A DNA stretch of 64,000 nt from Massalongia carnosa (taxonomy: Eukaryota). Both the position numbers and the translations under genes were made by a program. Positions 57,001-64,000 of the stretch are shown in pieces. The first letter of the stretch is position 1. Each line of letters begins with the position of its first letter. The DNA is taken from NCBI GenBank assembly GCA_965645245.1, contig OZ287073.1, forward strand, positions 2,356,001-2,420,000, given 5' to 3'. The notes under the pieces were generated by a model, which made no database searches, was not told the origin of the DNA, and saw nothing but the letters and a program-made list of their open reading frames with translations.

Positions 57001-59447
57001 GCGTTGTCCGTACGAATTAGACCTAGCTTCTCTCCAGTCTCGACTTCGAACTTCGCTTTATATTGTTGAAAGTTTTCTTTCAGGGTCAACCTCGATCCAA
57101 AATACACCTCAGATCGACGAGAAAAATCATCGACAAATGACAGGAAATATTGCGATCCTTGAAGATTCGCTACCTTGTACGGGCCCCAATAGTCCGAAAA
57201 CGTACGTTCTCCTCGTCGCGTTGATTTCAATGGCGGCATTCGACTGATTACCTTCGTCATTTTGGTATATTTGCAGGTGACGCACTTATCAGAATGAGCG
57301 GTTGCATCCACTCCTTTGATCGCACCCGTTCCGGTGGTCAATGATGGAAGTTTCTCTAGTCTTTTGAGACTGACATGCCCCATTCGCGCATGCCATAACA
57401 AATAATCATCCCGAGCCGGGTTCGGTGAGTGTTTCTCCTTCTTTACCTCAGTAATCAGGGCCACATCCTCTCTGGCTGGCCTCAATAGGTACGACGATCC
57501 AGACAACATTCCGGTGGCCAATAAGGCCTCACCGCGGGTGATTTCGACTCCATTCAGGCCGAAGCGGACGGAAATTCCCTTCGCCTGAAGAGCTCGTATC
57601 GACAGTAGGTTGGTATCGAGTTCGGGGACAAATAACACTTCAGTCAGTCGTATCTTCTCCCCGTTTCTCATCCGTACAAGGACGTCTCCTCTACCAATTG
57701 ACAAAATGACCGTACCATCGGCCACCCTCACTGTCGTCCTAATCAGCATCATGCTGACGAATAACTCCCTATCAGGAGTCATGTGCCGACTCGCTCCGGA
57801 GTCAATAATCCATTCCTTCGATGGAGTGCTAGCCCCCGTTTGCGCAATCGCGCCAAATCGAGCGGCCTGGGCTTCAGATCCAGCCCCCATTCGTGCAGTC
57901 GCGGCCAGAGCATATTCCTCCTGGGCTTCGAATTGGGCGGCCTGAATATATTCTTCAGCGTCTTCAGCAGCCATCCTGGCGTACTCTGAAGCATCGCTGG
58001 CTTCGGATCGAGCGTCATCTTCATCCTCTCGGGTCAGTCGTGCCTCTTCCGACTTCTTCGGCTTTCGGCCCCGTCCCCCGTTCGATGATTTACCTCGGGT
58101 TTTATTCGACATATGATCAGTATTCTCACTCCCCTTTTGATGCTTCTGGCCCTCATCCGTTTTCAACCATAAGAAACAGCTGGTCTTTATATGCCCCACT
58201 TTGTCGCAATGGTAGCATTTTCCACTGAACTTTCGATCGGATGACGCCCTATTAGCAACTTCGTGAATGTTTACCTCATTGTCCTTGTTCTTCTGTTCAA
58301 CTTCTTTGAACTTTTCGATGACCATCAACATGGTCAAATCGTCTTTCTCTCCCAACAGGGCTTGGGCCATTGCATACGCGCTGCCGTCCACCGAGTCTAG
58401 AAGGGTACGAGCTAGAAAGAAATCCGAAGGCTTTTCCTCAAGTCTGATTTCTCCTATGATTGCAGCTATCTTTCTAAGCTCCGACGCGATCTGTTCCACC
58501 GTCTGTGAAGGTCCAGCTCGATACGCTGACAGTCTTCGCAGTAGGGGAACCAGCCGTGTTTTTCCTATGTCCTGATGAATTCGATACAACGTGTCCCACT
58601 GCTCCTTGGCGGTGTCCAAGAGTACGATGTGCTGCAACTGCTCGTCGTCTACAGACGTCATGATGTAGGTCATAACCGTTGCATTATCAAACTCCCAAGA
58701 CGTCTGATCATTCGGTCTAGAATCGCTGGGGCGTGCTGTCTTACCGTCGACGATACCCCACAACTTCTTACCGATTAGATTAAGTCGCATGATCTTCATC
58801 CAGGTACGAAAGTTATCCTGTGTCAGTTTTGTCACCTTAATCTCACCTTTTAATCCCACACCAGCCTTATACTGGCCATCAACATTCTCACTCGTCGACT
58901 CTTCTTCCGGCCCTTTTCCGGACCCCAGCGGGGTGGTCGACGTTGACGCAGCTGATGAAGACATTGGGACGAAACGAATTAGGGTGGAGTCGAATATCAA
59001 TGGCTTCTTATTTCTCTAATAGCTGACCGGGCTCATAACCTGTTGAAACACCAGGCTATTGATCATGAAACGGAAGTAGGGCAAATAAGAAGCATACATG
59101 TTATTGAGGGTTATTATCTATGTGGGCTATCTACCTGCTTTTATAGCAGTCACACAGCAGTAATGCTGTAGGCTCCCCATAGCTGCCTGTTAGGCACCTC
59201 CATAGGTGCCTGGTAGACACCCGTGTGACTCACGATGGATGCCTATATTGATGGTAGCCTGCCCATCTAACCAATGGTAGCCTCACCATCTAACAATATA
59301 TTCCGTTTTGCCTCCCTTAGCTGGCAGATGGATGACATCTCGAATGATTAGTGATGTGTTGCCACGGCCGAAATAACCCTTAGTGCTTGATCCGCATTCG
59401 GTTAGTGCTCTTATTAATAAGCAGACATCTCGGCTCAATTCTCAACA
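54063..59447 (-). mobile_element. Full-length Ty1/copia element, gag-pol split by two frameshifts
   Basis: 407-bp LTRs at 54063-54469 and 59041-59447 with one difference seen; PBS GGTTATGAGCCC; CYHCDKVGH knuckle, IDSGAS, QNGVAER, YVDD, ADIFTK across ORFs 59000-55455, 55567-54860 and 54968-54588. Confidence 0.94.
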
Positions 59448-59667
59448 AGCATATCTATATATTCGTTCTGCAAGATAGAGTCTTGTATTTCTCCAGCCCT
59501 CCCCTGACATTAAGTGATTCTTCAACGTAAAAGATATCAAGATTCAATGTTTCATTTCGATGTTTTACTTTGCTGAGACGTTTGATTGATGATTAAAGTT
59601 TTGCGATTTTACGAATAATAATCTGTCACGTTGTACAAGTAGAAAGTCTTGTATTAGACAAATGATC

Positions 59668-62600
59668 TGTTGAAATAGGTATATGACTATGACTCTATGG
59701 CTATGTAATAAATGACAATGCGTATGACCCTAATGTATAAGGTGAAGAGTTGCTATGAAGCAGTCTTCTCCTTTTAAGTAGTCACCCTCTACTAAGCGAA
59801 GTGATAATAGTTTTATCCGAGCCTAGGTTGCTTAAGACACCGCTAAAGGTTTTAAGTAACCGATACGGTTAGACTGGAACTGATCTAATCTAATCTGTTG
59901 TGCTGGTAGAATTTGAACATTCAACACCCTCCCTCAAGTTCTATCAGTACTTGTCCGTCAGATGAGGTCTGTAGGTGGTCGAGTCTGTTGCGTGATGACT
60001 ATCGAGCTCAGTAGCCGAGTCCATATGTAGTTGTCTGATAAAAGAGAAGAACTTGACGTGGGTAAGCGGCTTTGTCAGCCCGTCCGCTACCATGTGTTCA
60101 GTTGGGACATATTTAAGGTCTATCCGGCCCTCTGTGACTTCATTTCGAATGAAGTGGTGCTGAATATCAATGTGCTTTGTCCTTGAATGTAAGACGGGAT
60201 TGTTGGCCAGTGCTATAGCGCCTTCCCTTTCAAGTACATTCACTGTCGGAGAAGCATCATCCTGCATCAGGCCGAGCTCAGTCATCAATAAGCGTATCCA
60301 TATGGTCTCCTTAGCAGCCAAGGTGAGTGCCATATATTCTGCTTCTGTGGATGAGAGTGCGACGGTTTGTTGTCTTCTGGAACACCAACTGATTAGTCCG
60401 TTGTTTAACATAAAGACATATCTGGAGGTGGACTTGCGGTCTTCCCTGTCTCCGGCCCAGTCAGAGTCGGAATAGCCCTGTACAGACATATCTCCCCCAA
60501 CAAAGGTAATACCTCTGTCTTTGGTGGCACTGAGCTATTGGAGTATGTGTTTGGCTGCTTCCATATGTATTTTGCCTGGGTGTTTGGCATGTCGGCTAAC
60601 CACTGAGGTTGAAAAGGCTATATCTGGCCGTATCTCTATCATGGCAAACATGATGGACCCTACTATGGCTTAATATTGCTTAATGTCTGATTCTTGAGGC
60701 CTGAGATTCATTTCTGAATAGACTGCCTTCTTTCATAGGGTTTCTGGCTAATAGAACAAGTGGGTCCTCTGCATGTCTGTCTTCAGATATATGGACATGG
60801 TCTTGTTCACATAAAGCTTTGTCGGAGAGCAGAGACAATATGTGCTCACATGAATATTTTTTCTGGGTCTACCGCGTCCACGTTTAGGAGTTGAAGTGGG
60901 AGGTGAAATGACAACTGGTTCTGATAGGATGTTTGTATCGGGTGCCATGATGGCATCATACGTAGGAACGTTGGTCTGGTATTTGGAGATGGCGACCTCA
61001 TGAATGCGCGGATCTTTGACCCTGATGACCCTGCAGTCCTTTTCCAAGAAAACCCGATAAGTATTGCATCCGTCATATCCACATAGAATGCCACGCTGGG
61101 CCCGAGGTGAGAATTTGACCGATTTGCTATTTGCTCCTACTCGTTCTTCTCTATGAACGAGAACATATACAGTAGATCCCAAAACTCTCAGATGATTTAA
61201 AGAAAGTGGCTTAGACTCATAAATTTCAAAGGGGCTCTTTCCAGATAAAGCGTTTGTAGGTCTGACGTTCTTGGTATGAACCATAGCAAGAACTACCTCT
61301 GTCCATAAATAGTCCGGAATGCCTCCTTCGATGATGGTACACCTGGTCATGTCCATGATGGTCCTGCCTGTTCTTTCGGACACTCCGTTCTGTTCCTGTG
61401 AATGTGGTGTGAAGGGTTCAAACATTATCCCTTCCTTCAAAAACCAGTCGTCCGATTTCAGACTTCGGAGTTCGGTGCTATAGTCGGTGCGAAAGACGCC
61501 CATTGGTTTGCTCTTTCCTGTCTTGTTCTGAGCCAGGCTGTAATATGTTGACAGATGATCGAACCACTCGCTCTTCTTGATGCCGGTATACACATGTGTG
61601 TATCTGCTGGCGTCACAGGTGAAGTCGAAGAAGTAGATTTCTTCGAGAAGTCCCGCCGGTTTGATGGGTCCGACCAGGTCTAAATGAACCTTTTGAAAGT
61701 GTAGCTCTCTCCTGAGGTGTTCTGTTGTATATCTTTGTAGCCTTTCCGAGTTCACAGGATGGACAGTACCAATCCTTGCTGACATTGTCCTAGTAAGGTA
61801 CATCGAGTCGCTTTAGATAAGTGCGACAAGCAGTTATGTTCAGATGACCAAGACATGCATGTCATGTTGTCAAGTCCGCTCTGTTAGATGTATGATAAAC
61901 AGCGGTCTTGAGCCATTGAAAAGTTTGATCGTCTATCTGTGTGAGACGTACAGCCACTTCTGGGGTATCCAAGATCTTTACTATGAAGTTGGTGTTGACT
62001 CTTGGGACATACCCTATGACCCTTCCACTGGATTGGAGGAATAGGGTCCAGTTCAGATTGTCATAGTAGATGTCATGACGATTGAGTAGTGCCAGGCTGA
62101 TAAGGTTCACTGGACACTGTGGAATGAGCAGTACGTTGTGTAAGATGAACACTGACGAGGGTGAGTCGTCCTGTAGTGCCAACGTTCTCTCGATAACTCC
62201 CCTCCCTGGAGACATTCCTTCCGAAGTAGAGCCCGCCAGACCTGTTGGACGTACTACGTAATCAATAAAAGATAATCTGTGATTACATACGTGCATGTCT
62301 GCGGCGCTGTCAAGGAGCCAGGTGTCTCGGTCTGAGTTTGTCATGGCCATGACCTTCTGTAGTACTGTGGTCGTGACCAGTGTGAGTCAACTGTTCAGTG
62401 TAGGGGGTTCTGTGGCCGAGGATTCTGAAACAGCCGTTGTTTCTGGCTTGGAGGACTTGGCACTTTTGGCCCTCCCTGAATCAGCTACGTCTCTCGCTCT
62501 CTTCAGATGAGGAAACTTCTGAAAGCACTCATTTGGCCAGTGGCGAGTCCTATTCCTTGCTACACACTCTGGAACAGTACAACTTCCTATAGGTGCTCTG

Positions 62601-63300
62601 CCTCTGTTGGATGAATTGCTAGTGCTAGTGTGAAAGGCCTTGACGTCTGTGTTATTGCCTGCATATGCAATGAGGGTCTTTGTGGTTTCTGAGAGACTTG
62701 TGGTGTCATGTGTCCAGTCCCTGCGGAGTTGTGCAATGAGTGGATCATACTTGTCTGTAGTGTTACCAAGTAGCATGCCCTGTAGCACAAACTCTATGGA
62801 GGCTATGTTCACCTTGGCTCCGTCGACCAACATGCCCTTGATCTGATTGAAAGCACCGTCATACTCTGCACAGTATTGACCTACGGTTTCAAAATCTCTC
62901 ATCCTTTTTGCACTGACCCTCAAGATGACATCCGTGATGCTCATTGGTGCTATGTCCTGGAATCTAGTCTTCAGGGTTGCCCACATCTCGGCAGCAATTT
63001 TGTTGTTGATGAGGTTGAAATGGCATGGCGCAATCAGTCCGTGTATGATTCCAATAGCCTTGGTCATCGCAGTCTTCTGTCTGTTCATGTCATCCCGAAG
63101 TTCTTTGACAAGGATGCTGGTAGTAAGACTGGCTTGAGTGAAGCATTAGTCGATGAGGCTCTGTCGGATGGAATCAAGTGTAATATCTGGTTGGGTCTCC
63201 AATATGGCTGTATCGCAGTTGTTCTTCAGCAGAACTCCTCTGGTGTAGCTAGCCCCATGCCGAATAGTGCTCTACCTTCTCTAGAAGATAGGACTTCTCT
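59668..63300 (-). mobile_element. Degenerate Ty1/copia element with 3' LTR 59668-59926; most of RT deleted; 5' extent approximate
   Basis: PPT GAGGGAGGG next to TGTTGAA...TTCAACA; LLDSAA protease, QNGVSER integrase, SDSDWAGD...TEAEY...KHIDI RNase H; integrase joined almost directly to the end of RT. Confidence 0.85.
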
Positions 63301-63794
63301 GTGGAACTGATGCTATCTAGGAGAGACATGATGAAAAGAGGTGTCTAAGTAAACTTCTGTGATTTTTTGATAATATCTAGGTTTCTGAGGTAAACACGGA
63401 AGTAGGATGTACACTGGAATGAATGGAGAAGATGGGGATACGTGGTCATTATATAGACAAACGATCCCTCTCTGCGACATCAAACTGTGTTGTTCCTTAT
63501 TTGCCACAACGCTTTTACCCTCATGAAAGACTTTCACTCAGTGGTGGAATTTTCACTTGGTGGTGTGAAGATAGGGGCGTTCTGAACCATGGCTATACCG
63601 ATCTATTTAACAGGCCGGGCCTTTTAAATGGAATAAGGTTTTTTCGAGGTCTGTAACTACCAATACCGAGACTTTTGAGGCGTTCTGCTTATTGAAAGTC
63701 TGATTACTTCTTGGAACTGAAATTTCCGAGGCCTGTCTCTAGGTCAAGATAGGTGATACAGCAGAAATCAGACCTTAAAAGATAGTTCAGATGG

Positions 63795-64000
63795 TCTGCC
63801 TCTGGGTCAAAGTTAGTTGAGTGGTGATGCAACAAAAGTCAGCCTGAGATCTGCCTCTGGGTCAATGTCAGTCAAATGACGATGCAGCAAGAATCAGAGT
63901 TTTGAAGTGATCTGTTCTTGGGTCAAGTAAGTTGAGTGGTGATGCAACAAAAGTCAGACTGAGATCTGCCTCTGGGTCAACGTCAGTCAAATGATGATGC
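63795..64000. repeat. Tandem repeat with about 55/61-bp alternating subunits (about 115-bp period), runs off the right edge
   Basis: TCTGCCTCTGGGTCAA-like motif at 63795, 63850, 63911 and 63965. Confidence 0.75.

Overview
Eukaryotic, intron-containing DNA from a filamentous ascomycete fungus (inferred from gene families and short GT-AG introns), made mostly of transposable elements and gene relics. Only two host genes look intact, both fungal NLR-type immune receptors on the - strand with near-identical 126-bp repeat arrays: an alpha/beta-hydrolase(SesB-like)-NB-ARC-TPR gene (9862-14677) and a HeLo-like-NACHT-WD40 gene (44462-49037). Mobile DNA includes four Ty1/copia elements (one intact with identical LTRs, 68 bp upstream of the proposed TPR-NLR start), two pogo-family DNA transposons, a DIRS/Ngaro tyrosine-recombinase retroelement, Ty3/gypsy remnants, an 8-bp-TSD MITE, and a nested pair of TTGCC...GGCAA elements carrying RecQ-helicase and DUF6589-like remnants (AcademH-like). 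The most unusual observations are an 867-bp perfect foldback insertion with TG...CA ends, a 5-bp TSD and tRNA-like Pol III boxes, a probable Starship captain (DUF3435) remnant, and two distinct mutation-like compositional signatures side by side. All domain calls are motif recognition by eye; no searches were run.
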